Origin: the human T2T-CHM13v2.0 reference genome, Homo sapiens
Strand: one strand, 5' to 3'
Length of the DNA stretch: 64,000 bases
NCBI RefSeq assembly: GCF_009914755.1
Contig: NC_060940.1
Below are positions 47,431 to 61,250 of the stretch, piece after piece (the stretch's first letter is position 1; the number at the start of each line of letters is the position of its first letter). The translations under genes were made by a program, and so were the position numbers. The notes under the pieces are model-generated. The model had not been told where the DNA came from, made no database searches, and saw nothing but the letters and a program-made list of their open reading frames with translations.

Positions 47431-48844
47431 CAGCCTAAGAATTTTTTAAGCTAGACAAAGAAAGTACAAACCATCTTGGTTGCACTAACATGTAAACTTT
47501 TGTATAACAAAACATACCATAAACAAAGTGAAAAGACAAGCCATGGATCAGATGAAGACATTTGCCACACATATGGTCAAAACAGTATTGTGATGCAGAA
47601 TTTATGAAGAATTCCTACACATTTAAAAGAAAGAAATACTTGATTTAAAAAATGGGCAAAGCAAATGAACAGGCAATTAACAAGTCCACATGAGCAGTTA
47701 ATTTATGAAAAGATATTCAAACTCACTAGTAATCACAAATTAAAACAAAATTAAAACAAAAATAAAATGCCATTTAAGGCTTAAAGCCCATTGTTTTAAA
47801 GAAAAATAAGTATGCCTAATTCCATCAAGTGTCAGTCAGGAAGGAGGAAATTTGAAGTTTTATATACTAGAACTTCGGGGGGAAAGAAAATTGGGGAGCA
47901 TTTGGCAATTCCTGTAAAACTAGTTTACTTATTCAGTGGAATACTATACAGCAGATAAAATAAACTATTTCTAAAAGTGTAAACATGGATAAATCCCCAA
48001 AATAAAATGCTGAACAAATTTTTATTTTTGTTTATGCATATTGAAAACAAAATTTTTTTATTTATGCATATTGAAAACATGAAAAAATTTTAAAACATGT
48101 ATTATTTCTAGATATATACATTGGTAGCAAGAATCAAAACACCGCTGGGAACGAGAGAGACAAAATTAGAACAGTGGGGACCTCTGGGGGAGAGAGAGGG
48201 GACTTGGATGTCTGTAATGCCTTATTTTTTAAAACAAAGCAATAAATATGGCAAAGATCTATAAAAGCTAGGTGGTAGGTGATATTTTCTGTTTCATATA
48301 TTTGAAATATTTCACAATTAAAAACTTTTAAAAGTATTAAGATTCAAGGAAGTGTGGACAACACAATTATCTCTACAGTAGGCTGACCAGGAAAATAATT
48401 TTGTTCTTCTAGTCTGAGGGCTCAAAGGAAATTAAGTGTGTTGAGTCAAAAACAGGAAATAGCCTCTCACTAAACTATCTCAGGATTTGATGACATTTGG
48501 GGGAGTTTTCATGGGGGTCTTTGTTTCTAAGGGATAACTAGGCCCCTTTGAGAACTGCACAGGGATGATCCCAGGTGGAGGGAAGGCAATCATCTTGTTG
48601 AGGGCATGAGAGTCAATGTGAGAAGGAACTTTGTGAACTTGGCAACCAGGTGAAGAAAGTGTGCTTCTTGACCCAAAACTGCTCTGTTTCAGCCACAAAC
48701 TAGCTTTATATGTTTGTGAGCATGTCACTTAAGCTCTCTGAGCCTCAATTTTATTACATGGAACATGAAGGGTGTGGGAAGGATGATAAAAGGATTCACA
48801 CAAGATTATTGCAAGAATTAAAGAATACTAATATATGTAATGAC

Positions 48845-49347
48845 ACTAACAGCAGAATAATTTTTCTGAAGATGTATTTCATGCCACATGTTATTCTTAC
48901 AATGTGACATTGACACTGTGCTGGGAGATGAGGTCTATGTCTCTACCCTCTGTGACTCTGGTGGTAGTGATACTGTATGATATCTAAGACTAAGTTATAA
49001 ATGGAAATACAGTTCCTGCTTGGCCTTCCATCTCAGATTCTCACCCTTGGGATCCAGCCGCCATCTTGGGAGGAAGCCAAACACCACGTGGAGAGACCAT
49101 ATGTACATATACTGGCCGCAACCCCAGCTGAGGTCCCAACCAACAGCCAGCATCAACCACCAGACATATGAATGAGTAAGCCTTCAAAAGATTCCAGCCC
49201 CAAGCTTCCATCCGTCTCAACTGACATATGAGTGTCCCCAGGAAGCCCTGCCCAAACCGTAGATTCATGAGCAAACTAAATGTTACCGTTATTTTAAGTC
49301 CCTAAGCATTAGGATATTTTATTTCATAGTAATAGATGACTAGAACA
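48845..49347 (+). mobile_element. MaLR LTR (MLT1H-like)
   Basis: ccagccgccatcttgggaggaagcc...agccagcatcaaccaccagacatatgaatgag...taatagatgactagaaca. Confidence 0.75.
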
Positions 49348-50040
49348 GTGCTCCTAAACCATTATTATTAACAGCATCATCATATATGAAAACGAGAAGG
49401 ATAGACTACCTTAGAATTCTACAGAATTTAGAAATCCTAATGTCACCTTCGTGGCTTTGGTATAGCCTATACCATCAAAGTGCTACCCAATATTTCTTCT
49501 TAGAACAACTCACTTTTTAAAACAATTATTTTCACTAAAATTAATCTTTAGAAAAAAGTTTTGATGTCAATTATACTTATCTAACATTTTGTTAAATACT
49601 ATTAACTATTAAAATTTCCAATTTTAGCTGCATTTTAATACATCAATATTTAAATAAGTCTTATCATGTATTAAACTAAATACTCGATGGTTAAAATTTA
49701 AAATGTTTGGCTATAAGCGAGTCAAAATCATCTTGAATCACCATGGACTAGAAGACAGCAAAGGACAGGATTCATTTACCTCCAAAATTCTATGGATCAT
49801 ATCTTGATTCAATCATTCTGTTACAATCTTCCCCAGGTAAATATGTTTTACCTTTAAAAACCGCTTTATTCAAGAAGCATACTTTCTGGGTATAACAATG
49901 CAGTCAATGGCAGCAAGCCTGCAAGGGAGGAAAAAGATTTTGGAGGTGGCCTCGAGGCAAGAAATGGGTCATAATCCCGTCTTACCAATGTCAGGAGCTA
50001 GCCCAGCAACTACAGGACATGGATTTTTCTCCCCAGGAAT

Positions 50041-50255
50041 CAAGGTTTCTCTGCCACAGCACTATTAACATTTTTGGACCAGATAATTCTCCATGGAAGA
50101 GTGGACGGGTGCCGTCCAATGCATTGTAGGATATTCAGCAGCATCCCTGGCCTCTACCTACTAGATACCAATTGTATCCCCTTTCTCTGAGCTATGAAAA
50201 CCAAAATGTCCATAGTCGGGAAGCAAAAACAGTTCCTTCTTGAGACTCAATGACT
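50041..50255. mobile_element. MER20 (hAT-Charlie)
   Basis: gcactattaacatttttggaccagataattct...gcattgtaggatattcagcagcatccctggcctctacctactagat. Confidence 0.85.
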
Positions 50256-50999
50256 TAGAATAGAGTTGGAGGAGTGTTCCAGAGTCCCACGCTTGTCCCT
50301 GCCCTCAGTATAGGTACAAGAGAAACTTTTGATGATGATGTCAGTGATGACAGTGACTTTATCTTTTTTGCTTCTTCAAGGACAAATTCAGTCTTTTTTC
50401 TAAAATAAAAGCCAAAGATAATGTTTAAACTGTATCTTGTATTGTCAGCTCTTTTTTCTTTTTTTTGCTTAGCCCTTGGTTAATGAACAGAGCAAGAAAA
50501 TAGCCACTGAATGATAGGCAGATCTTCCCACAATTGCATACAAAATCTGCATGTGTATCCTATCCACCATCAATGATTCACTGTAGATTGAAGGAAGCAT
50601 AGCAAGGCATGTGGGTTCCTTGCAGTCCTTATCTTAATTTGCCATACATTGGCTCTCTTGTTTGATGGAACTTTTGATGGTGAATGGAGTTTCATGGCTA
50701 CAATTAAGTAATATTTTTCAAAAGAGATTGGAATAACCACTTCCAAAGGTACAGGCACCTCCTTGAAATTGTGTATTCAAGGGGAAAATTGGAAATGACA
50801 TTTAATAAGAGAAGATCATGCCTCCAAAAAAAAGAAAAAATGCCTCGTTCAGAATTGACAGACCCCGGGTCTGGGCAATCCAAAGTGCTGAACACTGTCG
50901 TCCCAGGAGGTTGAAACAGTCAGAGTAGCAAAATCTGCTGACCTCAATATCCCACAGCTTAGTAGTGACACGCCACACATATGACAATGTCAATGATAC

Positions 51000-51190
51000 T
51001 GACAGCCAGCATTCACTAGGTATTTCACATGAGCAGAAACAACACCAAACACTTCATTTGCACTGTCTCTTAGAATCTTCACCCCATGAGTAGATACTGC
51101 CATCATCCCTTTTTCACAGATTAGAAAACTGAGGCTTAAAGCACTTAAGTAACTTGTCCATGGTCACAAGTCTAGTAGGTTATAGAGCCA
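51000..51190 (-). mobile_element. MIR
   Basis: ccctttttcacagattagaaaactgaggctt...ttaagtaacttgtccatggtcaca. Confidence 0.75.
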
Positions 51191-51299
51191 GTTATATATA
51201 TACACACACACATATATACATATACATACACATACAAATACATACATACACATAATGTTGACCTACATCAGCAAGTAAAAAAATGTCTCTCTTCCTAGA

Positions 51300-51545
51300 C
51301 CGGGGTCAACAAAATTTTTCTATAAAGGGCTATATTAGTAAATATTTTAAGCTTTGTGGGCCATATGGCCTCTGTTGCAATTATTCAACTATCATGTATC
51401 TGCCATGTAGGTACAAGCACATGCTGCAAAAGTAGCCACAGACAACACAAAGACGAATGAAGACAACTGTTTCAATAAAACTTTATTTGCAAAAATGGGC
51501 AATGGGCTAGATTTGGCCCATAGGCGGTAGTTTCCCCACCCTTGT
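51300..51545. mobile_element. MER58A
   Basis: ggggtcaacaaaatttttctataaagggc...agtaaatattttaagctttgtgggcca...caataaaactttatttgcaaaaa. Confidence 0.85.
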
Positions 51546-51554
51546 CCTAGACCA

Positions 51555-51718
51555 ATACCCCCCCAAGTGTGGCCATAGATCAGAATCACCTGGGCTATGT
51601 ATATAAATTGCAGATTCCTGGGCTGTAGTCCAGAACCACTGAATCACAACCTTCTTCTATTTTAACAAGTCCCCTGAGTAATTTGCGGACAAACAAACCT
51701 TTGAGGACCACTGTTCTA
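51555..51718. mobile_element. MER5A
   Basis: caagtgtggcc...atcagaatcacctggg...gcagattcctggg...tttgaggaccactg. Confidence 0.75.
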
Positions 51719-54577
51719 GACCCAGTTCTTCCCCAGTCCCCATTAAAGTTGTCCTTCCAGCTATCAAAGATAGAACACGATTCAACGGACAGGCAAGCCA
51801 AGTGATACAAACCAAGAAAGGAAAATTGGCTGCTTGTCACAGCTCACCATCTTTATCAAGATGTCAAAATACTGACCCGTGACCATGATTCTCCTAGCTG
51901 GAAGATATCCTTTAGTTTTACTGATAGAAAAATCTCATAAATCAGAAAAAAATCTTTTGTTCCCAGTGGAATCACGCTGATCTTTTAATCAACTTTTTGC
52001 ACACAAACACACACAAAAAAGACAGTTTTGCACTGTGCATACCTCGTTTTAAATCTGAAATTCAGTCGTGCTAAAATGGCTTTCATGTTATTGAGGGGAA
52101 ATGAACACAGGGCCTTCAGAAATAAGAGGGATGGAATAATATGTGAATTTGTACAGAATTCGCCAGTACACATGCTGCCTGCTTCATGAATACATGAATG
52201 CAACTCGTTTTATCTTTTCTTGTTTCAGAACTAAAGGTATTCACATAAATCTGGATCTCCTTTTCTTTGGGGAATTAAGGCTGGCACCATCACTCTGTGC
52301 CTTTACCTATATCAGCATGGGAGAGAAAAGGCCAACCCTTCATTGTCTTTTGATAAAGGATTGAAAAAAGTGAACAGGAGTGGAGAGAAATGAATACTAA
52401 GGCACACGCTGTAATAGAGCTGACCAGGTCGCCATCCACCTGGGATAACACCCCTCTCCAGCTGGCAGGCACCAGTGATCTGGTTTCAGTCGCCAGCACC
52501 CCAAACTTATTAACTCACTCTGATCTTCTCTGTAATGCCAGGAGCCTCCGCCACCCCACCTTGTATCATAAGACTTTAGTTTATAGACCCCTTTGCTTCA
52601 TCTCACTTTTTATACCTTTCCTCTGATCCTACTCCACCAATGACCCAAATGCCTCCAAGGCACAACCCTGCCAGTGGCGATGGCAGTCCCCCTCTGAATG
52701 CTGCGCACAGCTGGGATGTCCAGGCCTGGTTGTAAAGCCTGACTCAGTCCCACCACCAGGGTCCCGGGGGACTGAAACGTGTCTACATATCAAACAGCAG
52801 TTGGCTTCTACTGCTTCCTTTTTTTCTCCCACTACTTTGTATCCCATGGCCACTACGGTTATTTTGAAAGCATATTTTAGAGCTGGGTGATGACATTTAA
52901 ATAAAGTAATCTCAATGAGGAGTTAGGGATTAATAAAAATGTAGCAGAGGGCCCACAAGGTAGCACAACTGTAACAATTGGGGTTAAACTAGCACTGAGC
53001 TCATGATGCATTTTTATGTAAGTGAATCATGTCTTGTGTCTACACTGGCAAGTAAAGAGGGCCCTTCAGAGTTGAATTGAACCTGATCTTGGCTGTGTGT
53101 CATCGTGTGTTAGTTAATTAACCTCTGTAGTACCAGACCATTTGGGCTCCAAGGTTCCTTTCAACTCTAAAATTCTAGGCTGAGGTCAAGTCTATTTGAG
53201 TAGGCACACATCTCTTACAACTGGCTTTTCTGGTGAATTTCCAAAACATTTTTTTAAGCAAAGAAACGCTAAAATGGACATGGACCAAGAAATTTGGTGG
53301 AATATTTTAGCAGGAGGAGCTACATTATCCTCAGATCTTTTACAAAACTGAATCTTTAAAGTTATCCCAAACTGCAGCCTCTCTTACAAGCTTAATTTTA
53401 ATTGATAATGATTTTTTTTAAATAGACACTGTAATTTTTACCAAATGTTTCAGGACAAAATGGAATCTTTTTCCTAAAATGAAAAGGTGTAGTGATCAAA
53501 TAAGTGAAGATTTAAAGAGTTGTTAGAGGCAATGCTGATGACCCAAGCTATCTGATTTTCCTAAAATTAGGGCTTCCTGTTAGTTGTTGGGACACCGTGG
53601 CAAAGCCTCCAGAGATTTTATTAATATAAATAAATGCAGAATCATTATTCATTGTCACAGAGGGCCTTACTATATTCACTGTATCACAACTACATAATAA
53701 AATGAGGTGTTATTTTTAAAAAAAGGCAACAGAGAAAAATCAACAGTAAGTCAACAAGTATTTATAGAATATCTACCAACAGCATTGTGTTAGATGTGGG
53801 GTGAGTATAAGACTTGGGTTTTGTCTTCAAGGAGCTTATGATTTAGTTGCAACAGCACAACAAATCCCCACCGAACAACACAAGCGTATACACAGTCAAA
53901 CACTAGTGCAATTTTGTAGACACTGCTCCAAACTAATTCTACAAGTAAGGAAATCACAAGCAAATCTGCCTGCTTTGCAGATTTGGCTAAAACCCTTTAT
54001 TTTAGTATCATAGGGTCTCCCTTCCATTGCACAGCTTCAAGTACCTGCATTTAAAAAGAGGATTCTGTGGCTAAACCTACGACTGTCTGCAAAAATAAGC
54101 GTCAATACTGCCAGATTCAAATATTCAGTACTAAAAAGCAACTCAGCTGACCCAAAGCCCATTGTTAAAATATCAGATTTAGCCCATATATGAATGGTAA
54201 CACAACATTAAGGAGACCAAAAAAAGGATGAGCCTGTCACTAGTCTTCTGAACTCATACGTTTTAACATTCTTAGAATTCAAACTTACTGGAGCATTTAA
54301 ACATAGCTATATTATTTGACCCTTTATTATTTCATAATACCTTGTGATTCCTATTCATAACTTTTCTGTTTCCACAGGCCTTAGATTTGCAAGAAAATTT
54401 AACACACTGTAACAAAAATATCTTAATAACTAGAAACTATTTAGTGCTTTTGTGAACATTCTCTTACAGAAACCTCAAAAAAAACCTGTGATGTATCATT
54501 ATCCACCTTTTGCAGGTTGCCGAAAGAATCCACAGGAACAAAATCTAATGTTAATGCAGCAAGTGCTCTGTTTTAAA

Positions 54578-55115
<538 letters not shown>

Positions 55116-55307
55116 ATTCTAGTCATTCTACCAAGCGCTCTACATGCATTCTCTCATTCAACTATCCCAACAATTGCCTCAAGAAGAAGGTACTATTAGT
55201 AGTACTATTATTAGTACTATCATTATTATTATTCACTTTACAGATGAATAAAGTTAAGTGGAGTGATTTGGCCAAAGTGAGAGTGGGGCAGAGATTCCGA
55301 GTCTAAC

Positions 55308-55510
55308 CCAGTGCTGCTCAAGAGTTTCCTGCAATAACAGAAATATTCCATATTTGCAATGTCTAAGATGGGTGCCGCCAGCACCGTGTGGCTATTGACC
55401 ACCTGAAATACAGGAGGTGTGACTAAGGGACTGGAAGTTTGATACTTTTAATTAATTTAAATATCAGTAGCCACACGGGGCTAGTGACAACCACCTTGGG
55501 AAGCTCAGAT
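55308..55510 (+). mobile_element. MER3
   Basis: gtggctattgaccacctgaaat...ttttaattaatttaaat...agccacacggggctagtg. Confidence 0.75.
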
Positions 55511-55729
55511 CTAGCCCCTTTTCTGACCCTTCACCCCCACTGTATCTAATGCACTGGCCATCTCATCATTCCTACTAAATACATCGGAGAAAAGACGATA
55601 CAAAAGAAAAAAGAATGAGCCCTGTTCAAACTGTAGCTTGGCGAGAAATTCCCTGGAGCTGAGCCTTCTCTTTGGTTTCAGTCCCTAAGGCAATCTATGC
55701 TGAGAGAGGTGGGATTAAATCTAGAATGG

Positions 55730-56023
55730 GGCCTGGCAGAGTGGCTCATGCCTATAATCCAAGCACTTTGGGAGGCCAAGGTGAGAGGATCACTTGAACC
55801 CAGGAGTTTGAGACCAACCTGGACCTGGGCAACATAGCAAGAGCCCATCTCTCAAAAAAAAAAAAAAAATGACTAGGCATGATGGAGTGTGCCTGTAGTC
55901 ATAGCTACATGGACAGCTGAGGCAAGAGGATCACTTGATCCCAGGAGTTTGAGGTTGTAATGAGCTATGATTGCATCACTGCACTCCAGCCTGGACGACA
56001 GAGCAAGACCTTGTCTCAAAAAA
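55730..56023 (+). mobile_element. AluJ-like
   Basis: gaggatcacttga in both arms; TSD ~aatctag..tgg. Confidence 0.92.
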
Positions 56024-59000
56024 TCACAATCTAGCGTGGAATCTCTTTTCAATATTTCCTCGATATTCTGGAATTACCTCTTTACATGAGAGCCGATAAA
56101 ATTGCACGTGGCCTATGTTTTCCATGAAATGCAATTGTTACAGAGCAACCCGATGAATTATAACATGGGTCAGGCCACAATTCTCCAGCGTGCTCAGAGG
56201 ATCAGGCCAGCGGAGCTGCAAGCCAGACACACAACTCCACGGTGGTTCCGGCAAGGAAGGTGAGATGGGCTGGCCTCAGTTCTGCAGAGGCTTTCCCCCG
56301 CAACTTGAAACCTTTGCTTTCTTATGTTTTAAGGTATCTAGAGCCACTTACTTGGCTTCCCTTGGGTCAATTGTTCTGGTATCCGCTTTTTATCTGCTTG
56401 GCATTTCACATAGATCTTCTAGAAAACGTTGCCATGGAATATTTAACAAGAAGAGGAAGCAAGCTCAAAACTTTCCACTTGCACACGGAATTACTGCACG
56501 TTTACGGAGTGTTTCTTCCTCCAAGTTTTATGATGGGATTGTGATTTTAACTATTCCTCCTAAGAGATCTTCTGTCTCTATTCAGCAAATGCCATTCTAG
56601 AAATTCACATCAAATTCTAATGATAGCTTATGCTCTTCGAGGCTGAAGACACAGAGCGGTAGCTGGTAGAACTGAGAGGCATAGGCAGCTCTGTCATGTC
56701 AAAGGGAATCTGCTCCTGTCTCTCTAGCTTCCTCTGGGGTTCCTCCCTCAGCAGAATTAGCCACCAACATGAATGTTAGAAGTGAAAATGACAGACATCA
56801 TTTTCAATTTCAAGCATAATAAGGTTGAAATAATCTAAGAGCTCATTCCAGACATTTGGGACGTCACCATGTGGCTATGATGGGCCCAACCTTTGGAAGA
56901 ACAGGTCGGTTTTGCCTCAGAGCCTTGGCATAAACTCCATCCTGATTTAGCCAATTCTAGAGAATAAGCTTAGCAACATCTTACAAACCTACCTCACTTC
57001 TTAATCAAGAATACCCTCTGAAAGCCAAGATGAGAACAGTTAAATACAGTGACCTAGCTTGCACAGCCTATGTCTAAGTTGAACAGATCAGGGGGAAAAA
57101 ATATAAAGGCTTCTTCTCCAATCCTACCAGCCTATTACTTTTCAATAGATGCATACACACACAAAGGTTTTCTGAATGTAGGAAAACAAGTTTATAATTA
57201 CATAATTTTGCAGACACACCACAATTTTTCTTTTATGTTACCTTTATCTTTAAAAGGCAACATACAGGGCTGTACTAAAAAGCAATAAAGCATGGGTAAT
57301 TTAATACCAAATTACATCCATATTGAAAAGTTTACATGCAGTTGAGAGCAGACAGAGGTCAGGTTTTCAACAGGACTGTCTTTAATTGTGGCCATCAGTT
57401 TTAGCAATCCCGATCTGTGGATCAAAGACAGATATAATGGGCTTCCTCAACGCTGAATAGTGAAAGCAGACAGCAGGAATGGCGCTATCTGGCACCCAAA
57501 GGTCATAAAAAAAAATTACCAGAAAGGGAACGTGTCTCATTGTAAAATTATATATCCAAGATAAAATACATTTTTTAAATCATTCTCCCTTGCCCAGTTC
57601 CCAATGAGCTACTTGAAGTGAAGATTTTTTTTCTGGACAGGGGAGGGTCACTCCATCACAGGTGCAAAGTTTTCCCTCTTTTTCCTCTAATAAATGTGCA
57701 ACCTTTGCATAAATCTTTCATTTTTTTCAGCTGCTTTCAATCATGACTTTTCTCCAGCCTGTACAGCAATCCCTCTTTCTTTGAGGAAGGGTAGGTGAGC
57801 TCAGACAGCGTTTTTCCTTCCCCTTTTCCTTCCCCCCACCAAATCAAATGAGGAGTAAATTATCAGCAAATCAGATAGAAACAAGTTTCCTGGATCTGCA
57901 GATTTATTCTCTAAATGAAGCAATTTCATCTCTGCTGGCTCTGGGGTGGGGGGGTGCTAGCACGGGAGGGGGGATTTTAAGTAGCCAGGGGGGACTAGAA
58001 CAGGGATGCCGGCTGGTGAAGCATCCCCACGCTTACGTGAACAGACCACTCAAATCTGCACCAAGAGAGTACTTGAGAGAATCCATCTTTTTTCACTTAA
58101 CAAGATACAAAATATAAAACACATTTGCCTCTTATTAAACCTCTGCTGTAAGTGGTTCCAGGTCCACCATTTTTAGAGAGGAGAGGGGAGCTGAGACCCC
58201 CTTGGGAATTTCAGCAGAGTGACTGGAGATGAGGCACAGGCTGTGAGCCTTTATTACTTTAATTTTATTTTTTTTTTCTAAAAGCACAGAAGGAATAACA
58301 TTTTAAATCATTAATGTTTGCTTTAAGTAGTTATTTCTTCCAACTGTAAGAATCTGTGCTCCCAGCCTCCCTCCCCATTAGCACCCCTCCCAGATCCTGC
58401 ACAGAACTGCCCAGATGAAATTTCCCTCCGCCGTGCAAATCTGGAAGGTGCTTTTAAAGAATTTCAGGTTCTGAATCAAGGCAGCCATGGAAGAGACTGT
58501 AATCACAGTTTTTCCTTAAAGCACTTGGAGAATAAGGCTCTTGTATTTGTGGCACCTGAGACTGAAAGCTGACTATGTCATCTCGAAATTACTTCAGTGG
58601 CAGCAGTTACTGTTATGATAGAACACGATCTTCTCTGTTAAAAAACAGAGTTCTTAGTAGTTCCCATTCAACTCAAAATGCTTTGTGTGAGTGACATGCA
58701 GAGCGCTTTTAAGTGGTAAAGTGCAAAACCTAAATTTTTTTTAGAAATGGAATGAAATCAGCCACCTTATTTAATTTAAGACGATTTATAGTTTCTATCA
58801 AGGGAGCAGCAAAAGGTGAAGAAATTTGCAAAACCAGGAAAATAATCTCAATTCTGTGCTTCTCCAGTTCAAAATGGCAGGAGGCCATATGCAGGCACAG
58901 ACTTTTTTTTTTTTCTTTTTAATGTTCAGTGTCCCCTTTCATCATCTGGTGGTTGGTTTGCTGCTCATGACCCAAAGATATAAAATAAATCACTGATTAC

Positions 59001-60879
59001 TTCTGCATTTCAACTTTGCTCTGACAAGAGAAAGATCCTACTTGAGGCAAGGTTATTTTCCTCATCGACAAAGAGCATGTATCACAAGTGCCATGTGACC
59101 AGAAAGGCCTTTAGTGATGCTGCGTAGTGAAGGAGTCCCTTTCAACCATGTTTCCTGTGATATATAAAGGACGTACAAACCAAGCCAGAATTCTAGAACA
59201 GAATGGATGAGCTGTGTTCTTTTGGCCAGCAATAATCAGATGCAATAACCAAAAGTGGGGTGTAGTGGTATTTCACACTCATCAAGATTTAACGAATGTA
59301 GTCTTTGCTTACTACACTACCCAAACCACCAGGCTGATGGCACGAATGTGCCTCCTGTACCACCGTCACTCAGCTTCAACACCACGACAGAGGGAGGTGA
59401 TGGATGGCTCTCTGCTGGCCTGCACATTCTCATCAGCACTGGAGCTTACTTGTTGGGCACCAACAGGGCACCCAGCAGCATCCAATATGCGCCTGCAGTC
59501 ATCAGGCCTGAAGCGAGGCATACCTTCCATCTACCGCACAGAGAATGAAGGCCATTCCTGTTGCAAGCAAAGCAGGAGCTAATAAAAAGCGCCAAGCATG
59601 AGTACAGATACCAGACCTCATGCTTGCACAATGTGTGGAAATAAAGAATTGTAATTACTGACAGAGTGCACAAGGGAAAAGGGAAATAGTTTCTTACAAT
59701 AGAAAGAAGAGTAACTTTGTATCACAATTTAACAAAATTGAAGAGAAATTGAATTCAAGAACAAAGAGCCAAGAAAGCTGCTCCGGACAAAGCGGCCAGT
59801 GCCGTCAATGTGGAGGACAGGGATCAACACCCCGCCTTTGTTCCAGAGACCCCCCAGTTCCTAACTGGATAGGATGGGAGGGATGGCCAAACCCTGTCCA
59901 CTGGAAATAAAGACGTGGTTTTTTTTTTTCTTGTTTTAAGCATTCATTTCACGTTTAAATGACTTGGGAAATTTAAGAGAAATCCAGTCTTGAGAAGCTT
60001 AATAATGCAGAATATAGACTTACAATTTCATGTGATTACTGAGTCCACGCCCCCACGGTACCTGAATTTCTTCATGTTCTGAACAGAAAGAGATCATGAA
60101 GAACCAGCATGCAGTGATATCAAGGAACAAGATCTAATGACTAGGATGAGGATGTGGTTTAAACATAAAATACAATCAAGGCAATGAATCAAAGGCAAAT
60201 GAGTCTGGCAAGCTGGACGTCGGCCGAGGACTCATTTCAGAGAACCCAGCACTGAGTGTGTGGTTCCTGTCTTGGTAGGAGATCCTGCCAGGTTCATCAT
60301 GGTTTTTGGTAAGAATGTCCATCCTGGGATCTGCACTATGTCTGAATAATAACAGCAACAATAGTAGTAACTTATAACAGCTATCACTTAGCATGCATGT
60401 CAAATGTTTCATATTATCTCATTTAATTCTCAAATAATCCTGTCAGACCAGTACAATCTTTATGCTCCTCTCACAAAAATACAGCAAAAGCTATGATACC
60501 ATCTGGAGAATTCAAAGACCTCTGTTAAACTTGAACTGACACAAATGAGATCAACCCATTTGGGGTATTTAGAGCAACAAAAAAGCCAATCTAAATGTAT
60601 TCCAAAACCTAGCAGATGTTTGTGACACCACTGACTTCCTTACTCCCCACGTCCAATCCACCACCAAATCCCGTTAATTCTACCTCTCAAGCAAGGCTTC
60701 TCAACTTCTTTAAAAGACTGAAAATTAATAAGATAAGCATCCAGTTTAAGAAAGTAGAAAAAGAAAAAGCCAAATAAAGTAGACAGAAACAATACAGATA
60801 AATGCAGAAATTTGCTAATATTTTTTAAAAAAATTAGATCAATAAAACCAAAAGGTGTTTCACTGGATGTTCTATAGGT

Positions 60880-61250
60880 TAGCAAGGTGATGTAGCTACC
60901 TTAGCCCAGCTTGACTGAGCTTTGGAGTGAGCTGGTGAATCAGCTGAGCCCTAATGGTCTCACTCATATGTCTGGTGGTTGCAGCTTGGGACCCCAGCTG
61001 AGATTGCTGGTCTCTGCTTCACCTGGTCTCTCATCCTCCAACCTGGGCTTCTTTGCATGGTGGCCTCAGAGTTCCAAAGAGCATTCAGAGAGGGAAAAGC
61101 TTAAACGTCTAAGCACTTTACAAGCCTCTGCCTATGTCACATTTGCTGTCACACCATTGAACAAAGCAAGACACACAGTTAAATCCAGAGCCAGTATGGG
61201 TATGATAATGGGAGGCAGGAATATTACGGCAACCATCTGCCACACCCACA
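60880..61250 (-). mobile_element. MaLR LTR (MLT1J/K-like)
   Basis: ctcactcatatgtctggtggttg...tttacaagcctctgcctatgtcacatttgct...ccattgaacaaagcaag. Confidence 0.65.

Noticed and set aside
59214-59582. 122-aa and 97-aa ORFs
   Set aside because: Non-ATG starts, no recognisable protein similarity, no convincing splice context
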